Positions 12,001 through 19,915 are shown, numbered from the stretch's first letter. The stretch: DNA of 61,208 bases from an uncultured Gammaproteobacteria bacterium (GCA_964633905.1 CAZWIT010000002.1:1-61208); one strand, 5' to 3'. The notes: a model not told the origin generated them from the letters alone. Made by a program: numbers and translations.

Positions 12001-15000
12001 GTGGGGAACGCAAACAGCTGATACAATTTTTAATAAAGCAGACGATGCTTATAATAAGATTAATTCCGTGCAAACAGAATTGGGTTATAATGGTCAGTCA
12101 ACTACCGCTTATCAAGACTTGCAATCAGTATTGGCTTATGTTGATCAAATGGAGGGCTATGTTGATACTTTAGAAACTTTAGTTGGTTCGCCAGCCGATT
12201 TATCTAGTGCGGATACTTTGTTTGGCAGAATCAAAAAAAATTACGAGGCTATTGAAGCTTTGAATAATTTGTCGGCCCAACAAGTTTGGGAGTATGGTAC
12301 ACGTACTTTGACCGGTGGGGTGACACTTGATGATCCTACTCAGATTTGGGACGTGGCTTCTGCTTTGCTTTCCAATTCTAGTTCAATCGGTAAATTAATT
12401 GTTGATAATTTAGATACTACTATTTCTTCACGCGGCACTAGCAACCTAACAGCAGCTGATGTGTGGTCAGCGGCTACTAGGACTATTACTAATATCGAAA
12501 ATGATGGTTTGGCAGCTTTAGCTGCAGCGGTTTGGGCTAATTCCACCAGGGAATTAACAGCTGGTGATTTAACTGCGCAAAGAGTTTGGGATACTTTATT
12601 AACTTCGATTAATACTATTGGTAGTATTGGCGTATTGTTAGGTACTAATATTGATACTACTATTTCTTCTCGAGCTTCCGCGGCTGATTTAGCTAGCTTG
12701 CAAAGCACATTAAATGGTTTAATTAGTAATTTAATTGTTGCTCAAAAAGCTGTTAACGATCCTAACCCTTCGGCAACAGAGTTTATTACAACTTTGACTA
12801 ATGCTAATGATGATTTTTATAATGATGGTGTCTTGGTCTTTACTTCGGGTGCCAATGCTGGACAGGTTAGAAGGATTACTAATTATGATGGAGCAACTAA
12901 AACAGTTACCGTTGATCCAGCTTTAAATATAGAACCAAATAGTAGTGATACTTTTACGATTTTAGCGTCAACTGCCAATGCTTCTTTAGACCCAGCAGCC
13001 ATTTGGACTTATGCTAATCGTCGTTTGACCAGTGGTAATTTAGATGTAGGTAGTTTGGCTACTTTGTCTGATTTAGAATCTAGCGAAGCAGCTTTAGGAG
13101 CTCAACTGGATACTTTGATTAATAATTTGATTATTACCCAAAAATCTATTAGCGATGCCAACCCTTCTACTACTTCTTTTGTTACTACTTTAACAAATTC
13201 AACTAGTGATTTTTATAAGGATGAAGTCTTAGTCTTTACAACTGGTGCTAATGCTGGGCAAGTTAGGCGTATTAGTAGCTATAATGGAGCTACCAAGTCT
13301 CTTACTATTACTCCAGCTTTATCCAATACACCGACTGATGGTGATGATTTTACTATTTTGGCTTCAACTGCCAATGCATCTTTAGATGCCACAGCAATCT
13401 GGGCTTATGCTAATCGTACTTTGACGGCCGGCACTTTAGATTCTGGTAGTCTGGCGACTCTATCTGATTTGCAATTAACTGAAACTAATTTAACTGACAA
13501 GATTAATGAAAATCAAACTCGTTTGGATAAGATTATTAGTAGCTTAATTGTTGCCGAAAAAGCAGTTAATGATGCCTCGGCTTCTAATGTGACATTTATT
13601 ACTACTTTAGCTAGTGCAGTGGATGATTTTTATAATGATGGTGTCTTGGTCTTCACCTCGGGTGCCAATGCCGGACAGGTGAGAAGGATTACTAATTATG
13701 ATGGGGCAACTAAAACAATTACCGTTGATCCAGTTTTAAGCCTTGCTCCTGGCAATGGAGATACCTTTACTATTCTAGCAGCTACAGCTTCAGCTAGTGC
13801 TAGCTTGGATGCAGCCGCAGTTTGGAATTATGCAACGAGGCGCTTGTCAGACGGCACTTTAGATTCCGGTAGTCTAGCAACTTTAGCTGATTTGCAATCA
13901 ACTGAAGATAACTTAGATCTTAGCATTACAGCGGTAGCTAATGCAGTTGATTTGTTAAGTGATGATTTAATTTCTATTAGGTCAACTGTTAATGAAAATA
14001 CAACCTCCAGCACACTAGCTAGTTTTGCTACTAATTTAAGTTCTTCGGTTAACGATTTATATAATAATGCCCTGATCACTTTTACTACTGGTAATAATGC
14101 CGGTGTAGCACGACGTATCGAAGACTATAATGGTACTACTAAAATTTTGACGATTGAGCCAGACTTGACGACACCACCATTACACGGTGACGGTTTTACT
14201 ATTTTAAAGACTTTAGCGGTGCCAGTTACTAAGATTGATACTATTGGCACTGATGTTGCAGGCATCAAAGATGATGTTAGTACTATCAAGGCTGATATTG
14301 CTTTGATTAAATCTCGTTTAGATAATATTGATGCCAATATTATAGCTTTGGAAACAGCAGTTGATAACATTGAAGTGAGTAGCAGTGGTAGTACTGTTAA
14401 TAATATTACTCGTGTTTATGAAATAAAACCGGAAGAAATGTTTAGCTCCATGAATTCAATTGCTTCCTCTATCCAAAACATAAACTCTACTTTAGGGAGA
14501 TTAGATAACAATACTTTGAGCAATATTTTATCTGTTGCTCAAGAAAATACCACAGATTTAAAATATGTACGCAATAAATTAGCTGACTTTAGGGCAGTAA
14601 GTACAGTGCAGCGACAAGTTTTAGATAATGTTGCAGTACCAGTTGTAAATACTTGGTACACATCTGGTTCGGTTGATCTCAATATTATGGTTTCTAATCC
14701 TGCTCAAACTCCTCAAAAAGTACCATTTAAAATTTATTTACCCAAAGAAGCAAAGTTAGAGCATATTATGGATGATGGCGGATTTAATATTCAGTATGAT
14801 ATTCAGCTAGATACTTTGTATGCTAGTGGTGAATTAGAGCTAGCGCCCGGTGAGTCGGTCAAGAAATTTATAAAGATGCGGGATATTTGGCAGATTCCTG
14901 AAGACGAGACAAAATTAGCTAAATCTCAAGCAGATGAATTTTATAAAAAATTAGTTAAGGGCGCATATTCTTCGCAAGCTTTACTTTTAAAAAATGACAT

Positions 15001-15997
15001 TGATACTAGAGTAGAAAAAATTGTTCGTACTCAGGAAGAAAACATTGCTTCGCCGCAAGACAAAATTATGTCTTATCGTGAAAATAAAGAGAGCTTAGCG
15101 GCAGTAAAAAGTGATTTAGAAGAATTAAAAGCTTTAATAGCACAGGCGGATTCTTCTAAAGGATTTTTAGGTGCCTTAGGTGGCATTCAGACTATTTCAG
15201 TTTGGGGTATCATAATTGCTTTCGTTACAGGTTTTGGTTTATTGGTAGCTATTTTGTTTTCAATGTGGAAACATCAAATGGCTATTGCTAGTGGTCAAAT
15301 GGCCTTGCAGTCACATTTGATGGGCAATAAAGCGATTAATTCAGAAAGAGGCTCTAGTGCTAAAAAGAAAAAGAAAAAAACAAATAGCAAAATTAGGCAA
15401 GAGCAAGTAGCAGCAGATTCTCAAAATCAAGAAACGATTAAGGTAGCTACTAATTTTAAGACTTATGTAAAACAAGCCTTTTCTAAATTATTTGGTAAAA
15501 ATAAAGTATCATTATTAGTATTATTGGCACTATTACTAATATATTTTGCTATTAGGCAATTTAATCTTTGGTCAGTGGTAGCCGGCTTAAATAATAAGCC
15601 AGTTAGCGAAAATCAAATAACAACAGAAACTTCTAGCCCTGATTGGCAGGATAAAACTACGGCTAATTTAAGTGCCGATGATGTTAATCTTTCTTTTGGC
15701 AATGAAGAAGGAGCTCTGGCTACTACTTCTAATCCTAGTATGCTCGCAACTACCACTGTTCCAGAAGAGTCTACTTTATATATTAATATAAAATCTACGC
15801 CCACGGGTTGGTTAAATGTGCGCAAGAGTGCTAGTAAAACTGCAGAAATCTTGACGCAAGTAAATAGTGGTGATAGATTTGAATCTATAGAGAAAAAGAG
15901 TGTTATTGGCGATGATTATGATTGGTATAAAATAAATTTTTCCAAAGACCAATCGGGTTGGGTTTATGGGCAGTATGTTGCGGAGATAGAGGGGTGA
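3095..15997 (+). CDS. Giant (4300 aa) membrane-anchored surface protein: ConA/LamG-like and beta-helix-like regions, internal repeats, coiled coil, two C-terminal TM helices, SH3b
   Basis: Uninterrupted ORF. LamG-like GTIDFW..WYHLRVAW..FDGAIDEFNIFD; C-terminal WLNVR..WYKI..GWVYGQYV (SH3b); five FYN..G.NAG..RRI..Y.G.TK repeats. Confidence 0.85.
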   Translation: MYKQALPSWRFRPSVQTKQRIIKTVELFFYFLVWLVKIVSSVLTAIGYILFISLVFITKNTWQLMPPLLRWLRFKSAPYLLNILRLTLKLIKASFLFIGRKIPVLELALRWLFKNIFLAFFYAFKGIYLVLATILKIIWYGFTIFFVKFLGFFGPKASYLYDNRAEIKVRANKQVKEYKLFLLWLAKPFLHFLPKKYEKKILPKTKKINQALSPVIGLSDFKHLLREPKQILLRRAIASWLVFFLVISTFGVASLTPLFNWLFRDRQPAYAATFTGAVKVSAGSTTLSTNGSWYTAMAYSGDGINGDAEAGTFNPIHPGPSATDGAAGALALGHVSVAATATYAAAQFIGFKPSDTGNLRGVQLILENLTITSLSNVDIVVELLSFPTASCTTSCTNYVTGTQGAYTYPSDTVVLRRAVKQFNQGLSGENLAPGQYGRGTFDFRFDPEVAVTAGAHYGFRIINMGAGTPVFGTWAANAPYGDFPTVNGTIRTIGANDIDLTNAPTINMPKVLAAHNGLTAAAMVAANSAAGVGLPTVRRTQNEHWTATYSSANANWTLTGTVSGTQTNKLTTPTTGGTGAAWVNDGVPFTTLTAASTASTVLCVASTSGFATNQTINLWDADTATVSLTVASVTNSHASCSDGPAIITTAATVVGFTPEKNASVAQAIWKNRIVQGAMTTLTADSAVSTRVCVASIDGFSAAVGTAASVQIWDNDTAPIVTHRIASTNASDGACPASGPSIILAANLTTAFTVAQGAMISEISANISNIGTPSDGDVLRFTSYNFTQNPIGLNSQLARTTSVVLAYAKSQALATSNTNYPFLSNRHIYFVAYGDANTTAPADGDIVIVGNGKSNADPYDSTNLTNDYTWLAKEQHVVSIDRSWDAALAYTGNYGAAIGDGAGTRGNFAAYSFNGGWVSAVITPGSKLTIADNTNKHYRLTIPGKIVLDSDAILAFGDSTDPLPASTHADIYFDNVSPAVSSNLGSDSAASTSLTVVSTTGFAPGDTIVIDDNDSPAITRIIAAIENSTTLTLTAAAVTGYTTAQSAFAAKGPQTELPTGSDRRAGVYTMTGLTGTGAGTQDNNRTGRVNIYGQGSDNFRTMKSDLAVDIDGNIDTGYLGNNSTDAGNTWVDVKDNVVGNWQPLDNIAVAGATNQVVDNNLSSVRMGGNDDASQFPVWTGLAGLGRNALPTSNMEVAEIGTVPITNVYNADYNGGSPLYSVNYATSTTWTLFGDGANSELNDAIYFGDQGTNMMYSLEANLGTLMNASAIFTWEFYNGAGWTAFTPRDAYKYQTRTGHTIPLSANTTRNSYTVSVTSGNQANFGVDQVVMIDDNDSSPIYRRISAVAAGVITFTEPVTADYTTAQSASISRLNGGQWKSFDPSNFFTENGNAPRRILSWTPYDLSGTPAKTTINGVNAYWVRVRISGFTSWTTSPVNQNTPIGMSGIERIDSGALNVSSGSQEAKISQITTGLSYDPNETFTLEYGNSPGWIETHKYSAAAIVPPSAPYVWHIQNGQLNINETNLTHLNIQNTNVDTTDYTMSGLVYMDMVADATSRRLGFLMRQSLDGNGYAALITKTNAANTVGFYTTLAGVPTVIGTPTSKAFSDSTWYCLKSQVSGTTLNVKFWATTDCNSGEPGSWDFTTTNSTYTSGKAGVYAGSATSGSGTKAIFDSISSDTGWTDNFDDVDYWRLTGSSASVIGNAYPSVPFTSSYLNFTIKHKGGWNGTVRPEIGDKIYISSTAIRSYKGLDSSVGITTNNTNTKYEVWDFEWNPAASNYTVTGSATGAAGTATPGTTYTAPDNKVSLRINSGTPTATKFGDRMLLLQNNYLRNNGAWTGVNGMGSAVLMPPTWTLTGSPIATRYNIEGISGTATARQHGTIDFWFKTNYSGSPATSTSPFGQYLLDYAANGDTDRLFIRHNTNGKLEVAIYAGAAQGTLLQQTFSATAGQWYHLRVAWREAATAFKRAWLDGVAFETNQGTTLGTRGANAGLLRIGNNWQYNGAFDGAIDEFNIFDAELDTSGSCNWGNFDVPTTVWTGGATPANCPSATGANIYRASFDTAMNPQEGWVWADYAYGSPNMIFTNGADTGNERIRVITYPQRTRVWVDNTGEKYTPSARIKYGSGHEENGTAATLAGWAHNFTYHHKAARDSSSAPTYSPVLNLKRSTHIWSDEEISYTGATLVAANIVNQGLGFGVSAVGLAGLSNMNLSHLSMENQYNNFAVTTNPYTSVTPYPSQTISKSVFYNYFDRAYTVVSKTQGSNMVGAYFVTTHVGAANIGTGYNAFTSQNVGIDGSIFMGHRNAYVTVPPAAAGGAATFVSGRLYTVANSEFYNNGVTGAGTSGALNFGVGVAKVNINNNKFSINTNGIRLHGNAFVAMSDNVLDGHVSDGAVTVGAEYGSGIRSHPSYSSVSVTDDGSIYGRGMWNEADISMPPNTTTFEAESLLQFTGVDTQILSPVFFGTQDYNNMSRLGDHYMASTIPGTDIRINYSSSTKDIVNQSTFGNMRTTGAGLIDTTVHTAGGYAWRMEPQSSDVPLEYSAKVIGVANEPLAVTGYIRVNSYYGSSNLPTVTLSGLGMTGANLTWTAANSANEWQQFVVSGTPNESALADLTISSQSSFVVEDEGSSEVIFNPLGNYLPPWVEDVDKSWTPNQWVGYLFKDTYGRIFEVVKNTPTILFLKGIVAPHLKSTTMTNATAGDYQLFRRPYVYLDDVSVLSGTVDTGTLDFFSAGQPVSPWLSTGLTASSIWGAQIGSFADIDGSFGQLLNDRLAVKRGLVSDVAASTTSFVTDLTQATSNFYQNQTVVMMSGQNAGISRRISSYNGTTKAITVDAALPFAPAFNDEFVILSQYTNISSSGGGASAEEIAQAVWEYVDRKLTSATLTSGGALATSAEIAALQADVTYIRNKVDDIYTDTQYISGIVDDILAKWGIYSAADINTSLNTVLTRIGEHTDLSSANTLFGRSKYLQEKWGTQTADTIFNKADDAYNKINSVQTELGYNGQSTTAYQDLQSVLAYVDQMEGYVDTLETLVGSPADLSSADTLFGRIKKNYEAIEALNNLSAQQVWEYGTRTLTGGVTLDDPTQIWDVASALLSNSSSIGKLIVDNLDTTISSRGTSNLTAADVWSAATRTITNIENDGLAALAAAVWANSTRELTAGDLTAQRVWDTLLTSINTIGSIGVLLGTNIDTTISSRASAADLASLQSTLNGLISNLIVAQKAVNDPNPSATEFITTLTNANDDFYNDGVLVFTSGANAGQVRRITNYDGATKTVTVDPALNIEPNSSDTFTILASTANASLDPAAIWTYANRRLTSGNLDVGSLATLSDLESSEAALGAQLDTLINNLIITQKSISDANPSTTSFVTTLTNSTSDFYKDEVLVFTTGANAGQVRRISSYNGATKSLTITPALSNTPTDGDDFTILASTANASLDATAIWAYANRTLTAGTLDSGSLATLSDLQLTETNLTDKINENQTRLDKIISSLIVAEKAVNDASASNVTFITTLASAVDDFYNDGVLVFTSGANAGQVRRITNYDGATKTITVDPVLSLAPGNGDTFTILAATASASASLDAAAVWNYATRRLSDGTLDSGSLATLADLQSTEDNLDLSITAVANAVDLLSDDLISIRSTVNENTTSSTLASFATNLSSSVNDLYNNALITFTTGNNAGVARRIEDYNGTTKILTIEPDLTTPPLHGDGFTILKTLAVPVTKIDTIGTDVAGIKDDVSTIKADIALIKSRLDNIDANIIALETAVDNIEVSSSGSTVNNITRVYEIKPEEMFSSMNSIASSIQNINSTLGRLDNNTLSNILSVAQENTTDLKYVRNKLADFRAVSTVQRQVLDNVAVPVVNTWYTSGSVDLNIMVSNPAQTPQKVPFKIYLPKEAKLEHIMDDGGFNIQYDIQLDTLYASGELELAPGESVKKFIKMRDIWQIPEDETKLAKSQADEFYKKLVKGAYSSQALLLKNDIDTRVEKIVRTQEENIASPQDKIMSYRENKESLAAVKSDLEELKALIAQADSSKGFLGALGGIQTISVWGIIIAFVTGFGLLVAILFSMWKHQMAIASGQMALQSHLMGNKAINSERGSSAKKKKKKTNSKIRQEQVAADSQNQETIKVATNFKTYVKQAFSKLFGKNKVSLLVLLALLLIYFAIRQFNLWSVVAGLNNKPVSENQITTETSSPDWQDKTTANLSADDVNLSFGNEEGALATTSNPSMLATTTVPEESTLYINIKSTPTGWLNVRKSASKTAEILTQVNSGDRFESIEKKSVIGDDYDWYKINFSKDQSGWVYGQYVAEIEG
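12809..13733 (+). repeat. Intragenic 112-bp near-identical direct repeat (12809-12920 and 13622-13733)
   Basis: 6 mismatches by eye, 5 synonymous. Confidence 0.9.
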
Positions 15998-16013
15998 AAT
16001 TAATTCAATTTTT

Positions 16014-16985
16014 ATGAATAAAAAATTTTTATACATATTATACATCTTTTTGTTTTTGTCACTTTTATTTAATATTTTATTATTATTTAAGTTGAAACAA
16101 GAACGGGTTGCCTACTCTAAAAAAGATTTAGAGTATAAAAATTTGTTTAATGGTTACAATCTGTTGAGTGATGATATTAAGGTTTTGCCAATTGATAGTA
16201 ATCAAGACCCAGACAGGATTTTGTTGCATTTCGTGCCCCTAAAAGAAAAGATTGTTAATAAAATTAAGAAATATGGTGATAGCAAGAATGTTGGTATTTA
16301 TATTCAAGACTCTACTTCTGGCTCTTGGTTAGGTATTAATGAAGATAATACTTTTGTGCCAGCTAGTTTATTAAAAGTACCTATTGCTATGGCCACCTAT
16401 AAAAGATTTGAAGCTGTTGAAATTAATTTAGATGATCAGTTAATAGTTAGGGAAGAGGATATAGATAAACAAGCTGGCGTGCCAGATCGTTATATTATTG
16501 GCAATAGCTATAAAGTACGTGAGCTTTTAGAATGGATGTTAAAGATTTCTGATAATACCGCTAAAAATATTTTAAAGCGTAATTTAAGTCCAGAAGAATT
16601 AAATTCAGTTTTTACTCACGTGGGTATTCCTAATCCATATACGGAAATTAGTGATAATCAAAATGTTACTCCGCGTCAGTACGAGCGTATATTTAAATCT
16701 TTATATTTTAGTACTTATCTTAAACCAGAAAATTCCCAGGTCTTATTGAATATGATGACTGACACTAGGGTCGAGGGTTTATTATCGGCTAAGTTACCTT
16801 GGGAAATACAAGTATCTCATAAGTATGGAGAACGGCCAGATGCTCTGCATGATTGTGGCATTATTTATAATAAAGATAAACCATATTTTATTTGTGCCAT
16901 GACTGCTAATATAGAAATGGAAAAAGCTAGAGATTTGATTAGTGATATTTCATTAGATGTATATAATTATTTTAATAATAATTAG
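16014..16985 (+). CDS. Class A beta-lactamase-like serine hydrolase with N-terminal anchor
   Basis: SxxK (ASLLK), SDN, HKYG in place of KTG. Confidence 0.85.
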   Translation: MNKKFLYILYIFLFLSLLFNILLLFKLKQERVAYSKKDLEYKNLFNGYNLLSDDIKVLPIDSNQDPDRILLHFVPLKEKIVNKIKKYGDSKNVGIYIQDSTSGSWLGINEDNTFVPASLLKVPIAMATYKRFEAVEINLDDQLIVREEDIDKQAGVPDRYIIGNSYKVRELLEWMLKISDNTAKNILKRNLSPEELNSVFTHVGIPNPYTEISDNQNVTPRQYERIFKSLYFSTYLKPENSQVLLNMMTDTRVEGLLSAKLPWEIQVSHKYGERPDALHDCGIIYNKDKPYFICAMTANIEMEKARDLISDISLDVYNYFNNN

Positions 16986-17462
16986 GTGCCTAAATCAGTT
17001 AGAAATTTAAAATTAAAAAAGGTCACCTTAGTGGAGGATAGTGATAATGCTACTAAAATTGTTATTTTAACAATTGTTTCTTTAATTTCAATATTTTTTT
17101 TAATATTTCTAGAAAAGACAATTTTACCTTGGCCTTGGCTAGTAGAGGAGTTAGCCAAGGCAATTATAATATTTTTTTTCATTTTGCCCATAAATTGTGG
17201 TTTTTGTCGCTGGTTGGGAGTTTTTATTTTTGCTTTAACTTTTGCTATATCAGAAAACATTTTTTATTTTTTAAATTTTATTAATAATAATGATCCTAGT
17301 ATTTATTGGCAACGTTTTGTCTGGCCTTTAGCCATGCATTTGTTAACTACTTTGATAATATTTAGCAGCGTCTTGAAAAAGAAAAAATGGTGGTATTTAG
17401 GTTTAGTTTTAGCTATGGCTATTCACTGGTATTATAATAGTTTTTTGGTAATCAATTTATAA
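16986..17462 (+). CDS. PrsW-like intramembrane metalloprotease family protein
   Basis: VEELAK, FAISEN and HLLT motifs in a polytopic protein; GTG start directly after the upstream stop. Confidence 0.7.
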   Translation: MPKSVRNLKLKKVTLVEDSDNATKIVILTIVSLISIFFLIFLEKTILPWPWLVEELAKAIIIFFFILPINCGFCRWLGVFIFALTFAISENIFYFLNFINNNDPSIYWQRFVWPLAMHLLTTLIIFSSVLKKKKWWYLGLVLAMAIHWYYNSFLVINL

Positions 17463-17468
17463 CACCTT

Positions 17469-18200
17469 ATGTTAAGTGTTAAAGAATTAAAATTTTTACA
17501 AAGTTTGCAAACTAAAAAAGATCGCGATTTAGCAGGGCAATTTTTAGTTGATAATCCCAAAGTAATAGCTGAGAATCTTAAATCCAAGTATTTTAAGAGT
17601 TTATATGTTACGGAAGAAGCAGGCTTAAAGTATCGCGAATATTGGAAAAATGTTAATTATATTACTGTTAGTAATAGTGAAATAAAAAAAATTTCTCCCA
17701 GCAGTACACCACAAGGGGCAGTAGCAGTTTTTGATTTTTTACCAGTTAAAAAGTTTTCTTATCAAGCAGATACGATCCTTTTATTGGATGGTATTCAAGA
17801 TCCCGGCAATGTAGGTACAATTTTGCGTAGTGCTGATTGGTTTGGGGTGAAGGATATATTTTTAAATTTAAATTGTGCTGATATTTATAATTCTAAAACA
17901 GTAGCTAGCTCTATGGGTTCTATTTTTAATATTAATTTTTACCAAAATCAAGACTTAATCAAGCTAGTTCAGGATTTAAAAAAACACGATTACCAAATTA
18001 TCGCTGCCGATAGTCATGGCCAAGATCAATTTAAATCAAAACCAAAGACAGCTATAATTATTGGCAGTGAAGCGCATGGTGTGAGTGAAAGTTTATTAGC
18101 CTTGACTGATTTACGTTATAAAATAAAAGGACAAGGTAAAGCCGAGTCTTTGAATGCAGCTGTGGCAGCAGGCATTATTCTTTATCAATTAAATAAATAA
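17469..18200 (+). CDS. TrmH/SpoU family RNA methyltransferase
   Basis: IQDPGNVGTILRSA, IGSEAHGVS, ESLNAAVAAGI. Confidence 0.93.
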   Translation: MLSVKELKFLQSLQTKKDRDLAGQFLVDNPKVIAENLKSKYFKSLYVTEEAGLKYREYWKNVNYITVSNSEIKKISPSSTPQGAVAVFDFLPVKKFSYQADTILLLDGIQDPGNVGTILRSADWFGVKDIFLNLNCADIYNSKTVASSMGSIFNINFYQNQDLIKLVQDLKKHDYQIIAADSHGQDQFKSKPKTAIIIGSEAHGVSESLLALTDLRYKIKGQGKAESLNAAVAAGIILYQLNK

Positions 18201-18207
18201 TAAATAT

Positions 18208-19116
18208 ATGACAAAAAACAATTCACCAAAATTTGCTTTTTGGTACTTACTATCATTAGTGGCTTTAGTTTTTGTTGCTTTTTCAGTGGGGGCTATTATT
18301 TTCCAGATTATTAATAAATATGTAGCCGATGTCGTGACCAATGTTTATGAATCAAGGGTTTCGATGGATCTATTAAAATTTGCAATTTCTGCCTTGATTG
18401 TAGCAACGCCTTTATATTTTTGGATGCAGAGCTTAATTTTTAAAAATCTAAAATCTGGCGAACTAGATAAAGAAATGGGAGTGCGTAAATGGTTAACTTA
18501 CTTTATCTTATTGATAGCAGCAATAGTAGTTTTAGGCTATTTGATTGCTGTGATTAATAGTTTACTTGATGGGGAAGTAAAAACTAAATTTATTTTTAAG
18601 ACTTTGACTGTTATTGCTATTGCCGCTATAGTATTTTCCTTTTATTTTTATGATATTAAAAGAGAAAATGTTACTCAGGGTAAAGATAAATTGATTATTA
18701 CTTATTTATTTGGTTCTTTGTTTATTATCATTGCTGCTTTAAGTTTTGCTTTTTTAGTTATTGAATCACCTAAAGAAGCTAGAAATAGAAGGATTGATCG
18801 TCAGGTTGTTGATAATTTTTATACAATTAATTCAGCAGTTGATAATTATTATATTGCTAATAAAAAATTACCTGAAAATTTACAAATGTTATTAGAAGTT
18901 GATAATAATTCGTTAATGGAAAGTCAATTAGTCAACCCTCTTAGTAAAAAGAATATAGAATATAAAGTAGTGTCAGATATTCAGTATGATTTATGTACGG
19001 ATTTTTTGACGGACTCTAATCAAGATGAATATCGTACAGAATGGAAATATAAAATTGGTTATGATTGTATTACCATGACAGTTTACAGTGCGCAAGTGCA
19101 GCCAATGATAAAATAA
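18208..19116 (+). CDS. DUF5671-like membrane protein
   Basis: YLLSLVAL..; RKWLTYFILLIA; ESPKEARNRRID pattern. Confidence 0.7.
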   Translation: MTKNNSPKFAFWYLLSLVALVFVAFSVGAIIFQIINKYVADVVTNVYESRVSMDLLKFAISALIVATPLYFWMQSLIFKNLKSGELDKEMGVRKWLTYFILLIAAIVVLGYLIAVINSLLDGEVKTKFIFKTLTVIAIAAIVFSFYFYDIKRENVTQGKDKLIITYLFGSLFIIIAALSFAFLVIESPKEARNRRIDRQVVDNFYTINSAVDNYYIANKKLPENLQMLLEVDNNSLMESQLVNPLSKKNIEYKVVSDIQYDLCTDFLTDSNQDEYRTEWKYKIGYDCITMTVYSAQVQPMIK

Positions 19117-19117
19117 A

Positions 19118-19576
19118 ATGTCTAAATATTTTCAAGATTATTTAAACACACCACTTGGTCTGTTAGCAATTATTGCTACAGACCAATTTGTTTTAGGTGT
19201 TGATTTTGTAAAACGAAAAGATAATACTCTGCCTAATAAAATTACCAAACAAGCCAAGCGAGAATTAGCAGAGTATTTTAAGGGGACTAGAAAAAAATTT
19301 TCTGTACCAATAAAATTAATTGGCTCTGCTTGGCAAAGTTTAGTTTGGCAAAAATTATTAAGTGTGTCCTATGGTTACGTTATTTCTTATCAAGATTTAG
19401 CAAATGCTATTGGCAAAGCGCAGGCAGCGCGCGCTATTGGTGGGGCAGTAAATAAAAATCCCATTGCTATTATTGTGCCTTGCCATCGCGTAGTGGGAGC
19501 TAAGGGGGATTTAGTTGGTTATGCCGGGGGGATGAATAAGAAAAAATATTTGCTTGATTTAGAAAATAAAGTATAG
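19118..19576 (+). CDS. ogt: Methylated-DNA-protein cysteine methyltransferase
   Basis: ARAIGGAVNKNP and IVPCHRV active-site motif. Confidence 0.95.
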   Translation: MSKYFQDYLNTPLGLLAIIATDQFVLGVDFVKRKDNTLPNKITKQAKRELAEYFKGTRKKFSVPIKLIGSAWQSLVWQKLLSVSYGYVISYQDLANAIGKAQAARAIGGAVNKNPIAIIVPCHRVVGAKGDLVGYAGGMNKKKYLLDLENKV

Positions 19577-19652
19577 TTATTTGACAAAAACTATTATTTT
19601 GCTATTTTTAAGATAGTATCCTATTGTCCCTTGCCACTTAAGGAGGTCCGTA

Positions 19653-19820
19653 ATGAAAAGTCGGCTACTAAGCACTTTGAGAGAGGCGTGTGTTGCCATT
19701 GGTGGGGCACTGTTAAGCCTTATTTTCTGTCTGGGTTATGTTGGTTTTATCGTTTTGATGTGGGCGTTGATGTTCATGATTTTTGGCTTTGAAGATTCTT
19801 TTTTGCCGGGCTCACCTTAG
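19653..19820 (+). CDS. SD-led small hydrophobic protein (55 aa; not in ORF track)
   Basis: AGGAGGT at 19641-19647; MKSRLLSTLREACVAIGGALLSLIFCLGYVGFIVLMWALMFMIFGFEDSFLPGSP; TTGACA at 19581 upstream, terminator downstream. Confidence 0.6.
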   Translation: MKSRLLSTLREACVAIGGALLSLIFCLGYVGFIVLMWALMFMIFGFEDSFLPGSP

Positions 19821-19852
19821 AGCATACTTTCATTATGATAATGATTTTTTGT

Positions 19853-19878
19853 AACCGACCATATTGGTCGGTTTTTTT
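19853..19878 (+). terminator. Intrinsic terminator
   Basis: aaccgacc-atatt-ggtcggtt plus T run. Confidence 0.8.
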
Positions 19879-19886
19879 CATAAGTT

Positions 19887-19915
19887 TTGACTAAAAGCCT
19901 TATTTCACCTAAGAT
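19887..19915 (+). promoter_or_regulatory. Sigma70 promoter of dnaG-rpoD
   Basis: TTGACT-17 nt-TAAGAT; the in-frame ATG at 19922 is 6 nt downstream. Confidence 0.6.

Noticed and set aside
12809-13733. Diversity-generating retroelement TR/VR pair
   Set aside because: Mismatches are mostly synonymous third positions and not confined to adenines on either strand. Both copies are in one ORF and no reverse transcriptase is present.
4401-16045. Short alternative-frame and antisense ORFs within or overlapping the giant gene
   Set aside because: Shadow ORFs with no recognisable motifs or independent expression signals.
16014-16985. Bona fide antibiotic-resistance beta-lactamase
   Set aside because: It has a membrane anchor and KYG instead of KTG; activity cannot be inferred from motifs alone.
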